Shown: positions 20,225-30,220 of the stretch, piece by piece
How the letters are laid out: the number at the start of each line of letters is the position of its first letter
Numbering within the stretch: position 1 is the first letter of the stretch
Source: Candidatus Helarchaeota archaeon
GTDB taxonomy: Archaea; Asgardarchaeota; Lokiarchaeia; Helarchaeales; RDOG01
Reading direction: 5' to 3'
NCBI GenBank assembly: GCA_019058315.1
Contig: JAHPZH010000009.1
Coordinates: 32,001 to 96,000, forward strand
DNA: 64,000 nt
Program-made: the position numbers and the translations under genes
The notes under the pieces: generated by a model
The model's database searches: none
The model's input: the letters and a program-made list of their open reading frames with translations, nothing else
Told to the model about the DNA's origin: nothing

Positions 20225-21412
20225 TTAATCTTTCTTTGATTTAAGTGATTTATAAAGTTGTCTTTGGACAATGAATTTTTGAATATCTGTTGTTCCTCCA
20301 ACTACCCACATGACTGGTCCTGCTCTCCACATAGCAGCTGGAATATCGTATCTATGGGTTATAGCTTTCCCTGCAAGAGTCTGAACACAAGCATTACTTA
20401 CTTCTATATGCATTTCGCTAGCATTTGCAAATGCCATAGAGGCTGCAAGAGTTGCTTGTTCCATATCTCTTTGATCGAGATATTTTGCGGCTTCAAGAGT
20501 GAGCAATCTAGAGGCATGAACTTTAAGAGCTGAGTCTGCTATTCGAAAATTGACTGCTTGTTGTCTAGAGATGGGTAGTCCGAATTGGACTCTTTCATTT
20601 GAATATTTTAAGGCTATATCTAACGCTGTTTGGGCATTTCCTACACAAGATGCTGCCATTACTACTCTTTCAACATTTAATTCTGACATTAAAATTGGAA
20701 AACCCTGTCCTTCCTTACCTAAAAGATTTTCAACTGGAATGCGTAAATCTTCAAATTCAAGTCTACCACAACATGCCCCTTGAATACCCATTAATTCATA
20801 TTCTTCAGCGACTTTGAAACCTTTGGTTTTGGATTCCACAAGAAAACCTGTTATTTTTTTTCTTGGATCCTTTTCTTCAAGATGTTCAAGAATTCCAAAA
20901 ACAGCTAATATATCAGCTTTTGTACCATTCGCTATATATTTTTTATGCCCATTTATTATATATTCATCCCCTTCACGAATAATTTTTGTCTGCATACTCG
21001 ATAGATCTGAACCAGCTTCATCTTCAGTCATACAAATTGCTCCAATCCAATCTCCTGAGGTGATTTTAGGTAAATATTTTTCCTTTTGGCTTTCAGTTCC
21101 AAAAACGGAAAGGGGCATTCCAAAGAAAATTGTAGATACAGCACGTGTCATATTTACAGAAGCATCAATTTTACCACATTCTTCTGAAATAATACATTCT
21201 GCGACAATACCTTTTTCTGTACCACCATATTTTTTCTGATGTATGGCACCCAACAATCCTTTTTTAGCTAATTGCTTTAATGCTTTTCTCATTGCAGAAT
21301 AATCGCCCCTAAGAGCTGGTTCAACAAATTGCGGAATGTTTTCTTGAAGAAATGTTCTGGTTTCTTTTTGAAATTCAAGTTCCTCATCAGTATAAAAAAC
21401 GGATGTATTCAA
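20225..21412 (-). CDS. Acyl-CoA dehydrogenase (isovaleryl-CoA dehydrogenase-type catalytic layout)
   Basis: Motifs ICMTEDEAGSD, NGHKKYIANG, RVQFG, LNVER and GGTTDIQK. Confidence 0.9.
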   Translation of the reverse strand: MNTSVFYTDEELEFQKETRTFLQENIPQFVEPALRGDYSAMRKALKQLAKKGLLGAIHQKKYGGTEKGIVAECIISEECGKIDASVNMTRAVSTIFFGMPLSVFGTESQKEKYLPKITSGDWIGAICMTEDEAGSDLSSMQTKIIREGDEYIINGHKKYIANGTKADILAVFGILEHLEEKDPRKKITGFLVESKTKGFKVAEEYELMGIQGACCGRLEFEDLRIPVENLLGKEGQGFPILMSELNVERVVMAASCVGNAQTALDIALKYSNERVQFGLPISRQQAVNFRIADSALKVHASRLLTLEAAKYLDQRDMEQATLAASMAFANASEMHIEVSNACVQTLAGKAITHRYDIPAAMWRAGPVMWVVGGTTDIQKFIVQRQLYKSLKSKKD

Positions 21413-21476
21413 ATTATCAAAACCCTTTCAATAATCTTATTTTCTAATTGTATATTTTATAAAAAATATTTTTCTA

Positions 21477-22616
21477 TTAACCTCTTAAAAAATACTCAAG
21501 ACTATATTTATAGTTTTTATGCTTCCAAATTAATGTGATAATATAAATTAAAATAAATAAGCTTAATCCCATAACTGTGAACGGTAAAACATGGAAATAA
21601 TTATATAAATTAAGAGGAAGGAAAAAATATGCCGCAAATAGAAAGTGTGTTACAAATAAAGTTAAAGAAATGTTCCCAATTAACATTATTGGGTCAAAAA
21701 CTCTCCATTTTTTCTTTTTAATATCTTGAATATATAAAAGAACTGAAAAAAGAATTGCAAAATTACCAATTGAGAATAGATAATATATCCATTGATTAAA
21801 TATCCATGAATAGTCGTGATAGATTGGAATTATTATATTCAAAGACTTAATAATAAACCATAAATCATAATGTCCAGCAGCTAAAAGAAGAAAATTAATA
21901 AATACTGGATTATTTATATCTACAAAGTTGAAAACAATCCATAAATCAATTGGAAATGTCGCAACAAAAAGTAAAATCCCAAATATTATTAAATAACGTT
22001 GATATTGGCTAATCTTATTATTTCTGACTGCTTCTATCCAGTAACTTCCTAGTAATGTTCCAATTAACATATTTGCTAAAACATGAAATCCGATTCTTAC
22101 AGGCATATTTGCATCTATAATAATTAATATAAATCCTATAATTCCATAAGCAATTTTAGGTGGTTTTAAGACCATTAAATAAGCGTTTATTATATATGCA
22201 AACCCAATCATTGCCATTACATTCCAATCTAATATTAATAGGGGATTAATCGATAAAATAGAGATGTATGAGCCTAAATTCAAGAGGAAACTTATTGCGA
22301 TTATTATTAAACCTCTTTTTAATATATATTTTGATAGTTCTTTTATTGGAATTTCCTTTTCTAATCGTCTTTGAATAGCAAAACTTAAAGTAATTCCAAT
22401 AAGAATAACAAAAAATGGAAATCCATGATTCATAGAATAATTTGCAATCCAAAAATCAAAAATTCTACCAAGTTCAGATTCTTTATTATAAAACCAGTGA
22501 AAATAGTGACCAAAAACCATAAAGAATGTAGCAATTCCTCTAATAGTTTCAATAGACCTAACTCTTGGTAACTTTTGGGGTTTTTTCATAACTGCCAATT
22601 GAGTTTGTTCTCCCAT
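21477..22616 (-). CDS. DUF1624/HGSNAT-like membrane acyltransferase, paralog B
   Basis: Motifs RVRSIETIRG-x9-H, PFFVILIG, ILKRG, SLTLFVTH and KYSLEY. ATG 22616 follows GTGAT. Confidence 0.75.
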   Translation of the reverse strand: MGEQTQLAVMKKPQKLPRVRSIETIRGIATFFMVFGHYFHWFYNKESELGRIFDFWIANYSMNHGFPFFVILIGITLSFAIQRRLEKEIPIKELSKYILKRGLIIIAISFLLNLGSYISILSINPLLILDWNVMAMIGFAYIINAYLMVLKPPKIAYGIIGFILIIIDANMPVRIGFHVLANMLIGTLLGSYWIEAVRNNKISQYQRYLIIFGILLFVATFPIDLWIVFNFVDINNPVFINFLLLAAGHYDLWFIIKSLNIIIPIYHDYSWIFNQWIYYLFSIGNFAILFSVLLYIQDIKKKKWRVFDPIMLIGNISLTLFVTHFLFAAYFFLPLNLYNYFHVLPFTVMGLSLFILIYIITLIWKHKNYKYSLEYFLRG

Positions 22617-22632
22617 AATAATCACTTTGAGT

Positions 22633-23832
22633 TTAACTTAATTTTCGAATTGCCCATTCTAAACTATACTTAAATTTAAATTTGGACCAAAAAACGGTAA
22701 TAATCCAAAAGAAAATGGTAAAAACAATAGTTATTATCTGGAGTGAATAAGTTGAAATTAAATTTACAGGTTGCATAATAATTTGAAAGAAAAGTGTTCT
22801 GATCAACGGATTAGATATGAAATAAAAAATATCAAACATTTCGAAACTAGAGCGAAATATAGGACCAAAGAAATATCTTGCAAATAAGTGATGCGCTACG
22901 AAAATTGTGAAAGCTAGTGAGCTTAAAACTGATATTTGTTTTAAAATAATATTATTACGTTTTTTAACATCTTGAAACCAAAAAAATAATGCGAAGAAAG
23001 ATAGAAATACACCAGTAGAAAAAATTATATGAACTTCATGGTTAAAATCCAAAATTAAAGGCATAACTCCACCATATCTCAAATTAACATCAATTGCACA
23101 GCTGAATATACATAAAATTAGACCATAAATAAGGAAAGTTCTAGGGAGTGATTCTATTTTACCTTCTTTAATCTTATTTAGAGTAAAGCTACCAATAATG
23201 GTTCCAATTAAGACCATGTTTAATGAAAATGGATTCCAAAGATCATGTATAGTTATAGAAGAAAGCATAATGAATTCTATAAAAGTTGGATGCCAACTCC
23301 AAAATGGGAGAATGGATAAATGATAAATAATTCCTAAGAGTTGAGAGAGAGGATTGAGGATTAATAATATACTAGATATAATGATCCTATGTTTAATTGA
23401 AAGTTTTAAGGTGAAAAATGTTATTATAGTCGAGACTCCAATTAAAACAATTATATTCCAAATCCACCATCTAGAAAAACCTTCAATTAAAAGATTTAGA
23501 ATATATCCAAATCCCCAAAGGAAACCTCCTCTTCTTAAAACGGCGTTTTGAAGCTCTTTCTCAGTACTTCTTTTCTTTTTATTCTCAACATAAAATACCA
23601 AACTAAATCCTACACATATTAAAAAAATTGGAGCTCCAATAGGACCAAACCACATGCCAAAATAGTCCCACCAACCCCATGAAAGCTCATCACCATCTAA
23701 AAACCAAAGACCAAAGTGACCAAAAATCATAATTAAAATGGCAAGTGCCCGTAAAAGATCAATAGAATGAATTCTAGGAATTTTTTTGACCATTTCACTT
23801 TTATTTAATTTAGGTGTTGCTAAACTTTCCAT
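22633..23832 (-). CDS. DUF1624/HGSNAT-like membrane acyltransferase, paralog A
   Basis: Motifs RIHSIDLLRA-x9-H, APIFLICVG, VLRRG, AFTIFVAH and KYSLEW. Confidence 0.8.
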   Translation of the reverse strand: MESLATPKLNKSEMVKKIPRIHSIDLLRALAILIMIFGHFGLWFLDGDELSWGWWDYFGMWFGPIGAPIFLICVGFSLVFYVENKKKRSTEKELQNAVLRRGGFLWGFGYILNLLIEGFSRWWIWNIIVLIGVSTIITFFTLKLSIKHRIIISSILLILNPLSQLLGIIYHLSILPFWSWHPTFIEFIMLSSITIHDLWNPFSLNMVLIGTIIGSFTLNKIKEGKIESLPRTFLIYGLILCIFSCAIDVNLRYGGVMPLILDFNHEVHIIFSTGVFLSFFALFFWFQDVKKRNNIILKQISVLSSLAFTIFVAHHLFARYFFGPIFRSSFEMFDIFYFISNPLIRTLFFQIIMQPVNLISTYSLQIITIVFTIFFWIITVFWSKFKFKYSLEWAIRKLS

Positions 23833-24173
23833 AATTATCAAAACAATTGAGAATTTTTTAAATATTTAATTTTTTTTCATCTTGCTTTAAAGAAAATAAA
23901 TAGCTCAATAATGATTAAAATGCGTTAGTGCAAATATAATGTAAAAATAATTAGAAAATTAGAAATAATAAAATTTTTCCAAATTAAATAAAATATAATC
24001 AAAAAAATAAAGATATGGAAATAAAAGTACCAAATTTTTTCTTTTGTTCCACTTTTAAGGATAATAGGATAAATTTTTAAAAAAACTCTCTAAAAAATCA
24101 TTAATATTTAGTTTAAAGTCTTAAACAATTATAATGAATACTTTCTTCTTGAATTGTATATTAATGTGGTTAG

Positions 24174-25808
24174 ATGATTAAAAGAAGTACAAAAGGTCTT
24201 GAAAAAACAAGAGTATCTGAAAATAGCATCTTTGTTCTGTTACAAATTGCAATAACTGGCATATTAGGAATTTTTAACTCTATCCTTTTAGTTTGGGGAA
24301 TAAATAGTTACTATCCTTTTTTTGGAGGAGATATTTATGGTCGTTTGGGATATATACAGACTATAGTTTTGATCTTTACTCCTTTTTTATATGTAGGATT
24401 TTTACTTACTCTAACTAAAAGAATTGCTGAACATTATGCAATTAATGACGAATATAGTAAGCAAAAAGTAAAATATACCCTTAAATTTGCCTTTTTAACA
24501 ATAAGTATTGTTACCCTTACTTTTTATTTTATTTTTATTCTTTTAATCATGCCTTCCTCTTATCAGTTCGATTTATTTAATATAAACATGCCGTTTTTTT
24601 ATGCTTTATTTGGACTGGTGTGGATCTTAAACATTATATCCGTAATTTCAACAGGAGTTCTACAAGGGTTCCAAAAATATAGATTTGTAGCCTATAGTAG
24701 TTCCGCATCGGTATTGTTTATTACTTTATTATATCTATTATTAGCTCTTACAGTTAATCTTAATTTATTGACTGTAACAATCGTATTATTAATCTCTGAA
24801 TTGATAAAGGGGTTAATTGCCTTTGGATATATGATGTACTTATTAAAAAATTATGAAATTCTAGATGTTAAGATGAATTTATCCTCTCAACAGAAAAAAG
24901 AAGAAAGAACCGAACTCATGAAAGCTAATGTAATATTTATGTTATTAAATCTATTTTATATTTTTATTTTCTACTATGATAAAATTCTCATTTATATCTT
25001 CTTAAATTCATATACAGAATTAGCATATTATTTTATTGCTAACTATATTTTCACGTTTTTATTTCCTATCGCATGTGCAATTTTCAATGCACTTCTTCCA
25101 GCCTCTTCAGAGCAAAATATTCTAAAAAATAAAGAAAATCTTGTTAAATATATAAATTTAGGCTCAAAATATGCGTTATACATTTCAGTTATACTAGCAA
25201 TTTTTATGGCTACTGTAATAAGTGAGGTAATGCCAATTGTATATGGAGAATTTGGCAAAGAATCGCTTGAATATTTACCATTCTTTGCTATAGTATTAAT
25301 ATTTGAAACTTTATTCTCCCCTTTAGGTAATGTCTTAATAGGTATTAAATTGAGAGATTACGCTTTAATTTATGGTCTTAGGGCGCTGTTAAATATTTTT
25401 CTGTGGCCTCTAATGTTCTCGATCTTTCAAAATATTATTGGAATATTAGTTGGAAGCATTATAAGTTCCTTTTTCTGGTATTTGACATGTGTAATTTATT
25501 TACGTGAATATATTAATATGAAAAATCTAATCAAACTAATTCCAAAAGTACTTTTACCAAGTAGTATAATAATTGGAAGTTATCTAGTACTATATTGGGT
25601 CAATTTCTTTTCAAGTACAACATTTATAATTTTCTTTCTAAAAATTAGCGTATTTTCTGTATTTATTGGAGGAATATACATATTATTGATTGCCTTGTTG
25701 AAAGGTTTTAGTCCTGAAGATCTTAATATACTTGAAAAAGGAATATATTGGATTCCTGGCTCACGACGGCTATTATCTATTTTAAGAAAAGTTAGTAGAC
25801 ATGTTTAA
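24174..25808 (+). CDS. Oligosaccharide flippase (Wzx/MOP superfamily)
   Basis: About 14 TM segments with YG, GVLQGFQ, DKILI, LAYY and ALLPASSE motifs. Confidence 0.8.
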   Translation: MIKRSTKGLEKTRVSENSIFVLLQIAITGILGIFNSILLVWGINSYYPFFGGDIYGRLGYIQTIVLIFTPFLYVGFLLTLTKRIAEHYAINDEYSKQKVKYTLKFAFLTISIVTLTFYFIFILLIMPSSYQFDLFNINMPFFYALFGLVWILNIISVISTGVLQGFQKYRFVAYSSSASVLFITLLYLLLALTVNLNLLTVTIVLLISELIKGLIAFGYMMYLLKNYEILDVKMNLSSQQKKEERTELMKANVIFMLLNLFYIFIFYYDKILIYIFLNSYTELAYYFIANYIFTFLFPIACAIFNALLPASSEQNILKNKENLVKYINLGSKYALYISVILAIFMATVISEVMPIVYGEFGKESLEYLPFFAIVLIFETLFSPLGNVLIGIKLRDYALIYGLRALLNIFLWPLMFSIFQNIIGILVGSIISSFFWYLTCVIYLREYINMKNLIKLIPKVLLPSSIIIGSYLVLYWVNFFSSTTFIIFFLKISVFSVFIGGIYILLIALLKGFSPEDLNILEKGIYWIPGSRRLLSILRKVSRHV

Positions 25809-26739
25809 GTTGTTTTTTTCGAATTTTAAAGCCCAGTTTTAGTCCTTTTCGTATTCCAAGCGAGAGAACTTTAAGACGGTTTAAATTATGGTGATAAAAG
25901 TTAGTAAATAATTCAATTAAAGTCCAGAATAATTGGGTGAGGAGGAAAAAAAATATTTGAATAAAACTAAAATTCTTTAACGCGAATAAAAATCGATTCC
26001 TACAATGAACGAAATATTGAAAGTCGCCTAAGGGATTATGAATTGGTATTTTATGATAAACTTTGGCAGAAGGGACATATATAACCTTATATTTTTTCTT
26101 TTTAGCTCGATAATTCCAATCAGTTTCCTCATAATACATAAAAAAAGTTTTATCTAATAATCCAATTGTATTTATTACTTCCCTTTTAATGAAAATAGAA
26201 GTACCACAAGCGTAATCTGTTTCTTTAAGAATATTATATTTTGTTTCGTTACTCTTTCTCCTTATACCTTTATGAATTGCTGTTAATAGGAGAAAAGGGG
26301 AAATTTTTCCTCCACCATACCAAATTAAATTTGGGTGGTCATAATATACAATTTTAGGACAACAAATCCCATAATCTCTTTTTGAAATTAAAACTTTTAC
26401 ACATTCTGAAATAAAATTTGATTCACATTCAGTATCATTATTTAAAACACAAATGATATCCCCTTTAGATTTTCTTATGCCTATATTATTTCCTTCAGCA
26501 TAACCCCAATTTTTTGAGTTCTTGATAAATAAATGATTTAATTTAAAATTGTTTAAAAAAATTCCAAGCTTTTCTATTTCTTCTTCTGGAGAAGCATTAT
26601 CAACAATAATAACCTCAAAATTTTCATAATCTTGTTTCTCCAAGGATTTAAGGCAATCAATTGTTAATTGTGCAGGTCGAAATGGATTTGTTAGAATAAT
26701 TATACTTATTAAAGGATTTTTATCCATATTTGATTTCAA
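25792..26739 (-). CDS. GT2 glycosyltransferase (rhamnosyltransferase-like subgroup)
   Basis: Motifs VDNAS, NWGYAEGNNIG, LNNDT and FFMYYEETDW. Confidence 0.9.
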   Translation of the reverse strand: MKSNMDKNPLISIIILTNPFRPAQLTIDCLKSLEKQDYENFEVIIVDNASPEEEIEKLGIFLNNFKLNHLFIKNSKNWGYAEGNNIGIRKSKGDIICVLNNDTECESNFISECVKVLISKRDYGICCPKIVYYDHPNLIWYGGGKISPFLLLTAIHKGIRRKSNETKYNILKETDYACGTSIFIKREVINTIGLLDKTFFMYYEETDWNYRAKKKKYKVIYVPSAKVYHKIPIHNPLGDFQYFVHCRNRFLFALKNFSFIQIFFFLLTQLFWTLIELFTNFYHHNLNRLKVLSLGIRKGLKLGFKIRKKQLKHVY

Positions 26740-26743
26740 ACTC

Positions 26744-27994
26744 TTAATTTAATTTTTTAATTAAATTTAAGTAATATTTTCGAACTAGTTTTGTAGTCTT
26801 TATTACATTATAATTGTTCTTAATGTTGTTATAAGCATTATCAATTATTTCTCTTATTTTCTCCGGATTTTTTAATATAAATTTAATTTTTTTAATGATG
26901 GTAGAATGAGGAGATTTCTTTAAATCAAACAAAAATCCATTTTCTCCATCTTTAATCACTTCATCAATATCAGGTTGATTTGCACCTATCACAGGAATTT
27001 TCATAGCCATAGCCTCTAACATACTCAACCCAGGTGTTTCATAGATAGAAGAATAAATCATAAGATTTGCAATAGATAAAATTCTTGGAATATTTTCAAA
27101 TTTTGTATATCCCTCCAAAATTACTTTATTTTCAAGTTTATAACGTTTTATTAACGATCTTAACTTATTTTCTAATCTTCCTCCACCAACAAATATTAAT
27201 TTAAAATTTTTTCCAAAATTCTTAATTTTATTTAATAAATAAACTATTTCAATTAAAATTTCGGGATTTTTTCTAGTAACTAGTCCTCCTGTAAAAACTA
27301 TAACATAATCTTTTTCAGAAATTTTATATTTTTCTATATAATATTCATCTGGACCCCTAATATTAAAAATATTTAAATCAATTCCATTAGGAATATAAAC
27401 ATAATTTATATAACCATTTTTTTTCTTCCAAAACTTTTCTCGTATTTTGAGAAGATTTTTTAATACACCATTTGTAACAGCAATGATGTTTTGTGCTCTT
27501 CCTAGATTAAATTTCTCTGAAATATTCAAAGGGGGATAATATACTTTATGGGCAATTTTTTCTAAAAAATTAATTGTTGGGCAATTTCCAATCAATTTCG
27601 ACTCGAAATTTGTACATCCATGAGCCGTAATAACTAGCTTTACTCTTTTTTTTGATTTATTTATTATTTTTTGAATTAAGAAATAATAAGGATTGAAACT
27701 TTCATTAATATGAATGAGATCGACATTCTCATCTTCAATTAATTTTCTAATAATGTTTCGAATTCTAAAACCAAAAAGAAATTTCCCAATTTGTAAAAAC
27801 CTAATTCTCTTTCTTAAAGGAATAAAGATTAATTTAAAATTGTTATCTTTTCGAAGAGATTCTATATGTTTTGTGCTAGTTGAAGAGATATAGTAGACTT
27901 TATCTCCATTTTTTAGGAGATTTTTAACGATATAATAAAAATAAATCCCGCTTCCAGTTAAACCCACAGAATCATCAATGAAGCAAATTTTTAT
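26744..27994 (-). CDS. GT4 glycosyltransferase
   Basis: Motifs TAHG, IPNGID, RKNP and ETPGLSMLEAMA. The N-terminal IKICFIDD strand lies upstream of GTG 27967, implying an ATA start at 27994, 9 nt after GGAGG. Confidence 0.85.
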   Translation of the reverse strand: MKICFIDDSVGLTGSGIYFYYIVKNLLKNGDKVYYISSTSTKHIESLRKDNNFKLIFIPLRKRIRFLQIGKFLFGFRIRNIIRKLIEDENVDLIHINESFNPYYFLIQKIINKSKKRVKLVITAHGCTNFESKLIGNCPTINFLEKIAHKVYYPPLNISEKFNLGRAQNIIAVTNGVLKNLLKIREKFWKKKNGYINYVYIPNGIDLNIFNIRGPDEYYIEKYKISEKDYVIVFTGGLVTRKNPEILIEIVYLLNKIKNFGKNFKLIFVGGGRLENKLRSLIKRYKLENKVILEGYTKFENIPRILSIANLMIYSSIYETPGLSMLEAMAMKIPVIGANQPDIDEVIKDGENGFLFDLKKSPHSTIIKKIKFILKNPEKIREIIDNAYNNIKNNYNVIKTTKLVRKYYLNLIKKLN

Positions 27995-28067
27995 GGCAAA
28001 AAACCTCCTAAAAAAATATATTATAATTTATTTCAAATTAAAAATTAATTGAAAAAACTTTTGGAGT

Positions 28068-29231
28068 TTGATAAATCAATTGCGAATTTGTCTTGTGAGT
28101 TACACGTATCCTCCTAATACCTCAGGAGGTGGGGATATATATGCATATAATATAGTTGAGGGATTAAAAAAGTTAAATCACGAAGTTTTAGTTGTAACTT
28201 CTTCATCAAAACCCATGAAAGACAAAAACGGGATTCATTACATTCTGATTCGTAATATTCCTTTTTTTAGAGTTCAAAATTTTTTAAGTAAAGCTAAAAA
28301 ATACTGTAATAATTTAATGAAATCAAAATTAATCGACATTTTTCATTTTAATGGACCAAGTGGATGTGTATTTTATAAGAAAAATTTGCCAACTGTAATG
28401 ACTATTCATCATTCAGTTTTATCCACTTTAAAAGTTCTTTCTCATTATCCTTCTTCTCTGTTTTCAATTGATACAATCCAAGAATGTAATCCATTTAATA
28501 TTTGGTTAGAAAGTAAAAGTATTAAATCTGTAAATCAAATAATAGCTGTTTCCCATCATACCGCATCTCAAATAAAAGGAAGAGGGGTTTTAGAAAATTC
28601 TATTAATGTGGTACATAATGGAATTGATGTATTTTCTCCTCCTACTAAAAGTGAGCAAAATAAAATACGACAAAAACTTGGAATTTCTGAAAAAGTAATA
28701 CTTTTTGTTGGAAGATTAGATCAAAGAAAAGGGCCTATTTTTTTAGTAAAAGCGATTAACGATCTAAGAAAAATAATTAAGGAAGATTTTAAATGTATTA
28801 TAGTCGGTGATGGACCTCAAAAAACCCAAATTATTAATTATATTAAGAAAAATAATCTATGGAGCTATTTTTCATTTATAAAAAAAATCAAATATAAAGA
28901 TTTGAGAAAACTTTATTATATATGTGATTTATTAGTTCTTCCTTCGCTATATGAGGGACTAGGACTCGTTCTGTTAGAAGCTATGGCTTCAAAAAAACCT
29001 GTTATCGGAACAAATTCTGGAGGAATTCCAGAGATTATCAAACATAACGAAAATGGTTACTTAATACCATTAGGATCTATTAAAAATTTAACAAATGCAA
29101 TTAAAAAAATTTTGATGAATAGGGTTTTAGCAGATAAGATGGGCGAAAGAGGATATAAAATTATTCAAAAGAAATTCACTTGGGAAAGAGCGGTAAAAGA
29201 AACATTAAGTATTTATAATAAAATATTATAA
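28068..29231 (+). CDS. GT4 glycosyltransferase
   Basis: Motifs YPPNTSGG, HNGID, VGRLDQRKG and EGLGLVLLEAMA. Confidence 0.9.
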   Translation: MINQLRICLVSYTYPPNTSGGGDIYAYNIVEGLKKLNHEVLVVTSSSKPMKDKNGIHYILIRNIPFFRVQNFLSKAKKYCNNLMKSKLIDIFHFNGPSGCVFYKKNLPTVMTIHHSVLSTLKVLSHYPSSLFSIDTIQECNPFNIWLESKSIKSVNQIIAVSHHTASQIKGRGVLENSINVVHNGIDVFSPPTKSEQNKIRQKLGISEKVILFVGRLDQRKGPIFLVKAINDLRKIIKEDFKCIIVGDGPQKTQIINYIKKNNLWSYFSFIKKIKYKDLRKLYYICDLLVLPSLYEGLGLVLLEAMASKKPVIGTNSGGIPEIIKHNENGYLIPLGSIKNLTNAIKKILMNRVLADKMGERGYKIIQKKFTWERAVKETLSIYNKIL

Positions 29232-29488
29232 TAATGCATCTTAAAAAAAAAAAATTTACAAAATCTTGAGTTTTTTAATAATGATTATTTTGAGTCATTT
29301 AAAGCCTTTATTCTATAATTAGATAATAAAAAATAATTGATAGAAGAATTTAAAAAAAAATTAGGAATAAATATTCGTTAAAGATAAAACAAATTAAATA
29401 AATCAAGAAAATTATAACTAATATATGATTTTACAACAAAAATTAAAATTTACAGATTAAGATAAGTATTTTAATAATTTTAATATGT

Positions 29489-30211
29489 TTGGGTCTATCT
29501 GGAGTAAAAAAATTGCGCCCCAAAATCTCAGTAATAATTCCCGCTTATAATGAAGCGAAGACAATAAAAGATCTAAAACTTGAAGTAATTCGAGCTTTAA
29601 TCTCGAAATCTACTACAAATTCAGCGGAAATTATTATTGTAGACGATGGATCCACCGATGATACTTATCGTTTTGCTAATGGAAATGGAACTATCGTTCT
29701 TCGTAATGAAAAAAATTCTGGTTATGGGGCTGCAGTTAGAAAAGGATTGGATCATGCAACTGGAGATATTCTTATAACTATTGATGGGGATTATCAAAAT
29801 GATCCAACGGAAATTCCCGAATTAATTAATGCATTACTTAAAAGTAAGGCAGATTTTGTTAATGGATCGAAATTCTTGGGGAAATTTAAACCAAAGGTGC
29901 CTTTTATAAAAAAAATTGGAGAAAAAATTGTTAGTTTTCTAATTAAGTTAATTTATCGTAAAAAAATAACTTATTCACAAAGTGGGTTTAAAGCATTTAA
30001 AAAATCATTGTATGAAAGAGTTAAGCCTATTAAAGAACAAAGATTTGGCTTTAATTCGGAACTTTTAGTAAAAACATTAAAAAAAGGTTACAATATTAAA
30101 GAAATTCCTGTAACTATCAAACCAAGACCCCATGGAAAGAGCCGAATTCAATTTTTTAAGGATGGTGTAAGAATACTTTATGTATTTATTAGAACCATTT
30201 TAATAGGTTAA
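29489..30211 (+). CDS. GT2 glycosyltransferase, DPM1-like, no TM anchor
   Basis: Motifs IIPAYNE, VDDGSTD, IDGDYQ, SQSGFKA and RPHGKS. The true start is probably the TTG of LRPKIS. Confidence 0.9.
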   Translation: MGLSGVKKLRPKISVIIPAYNEAKTIKDLKLEVIRALISKSTTNSAEIIIVDDGSTDDTYRFANGNGTIVLRNEKNSGYGAAVRKGLDHATGDILITIDGDYQNDPTEIPELINALLKSKADFVNGSKFLGKFKPKVPFIKKIGEKIVSFLIKLIYRKKITYSQSGFKAFKKSLYERVKPIKEQRFGFNSELLVKTLKKGYNIKEIPVTIKPRPHGKSRIQFFKDGVRILYVFIRTILIG

Positions 30212-30220
30212 ATTTTTAAA

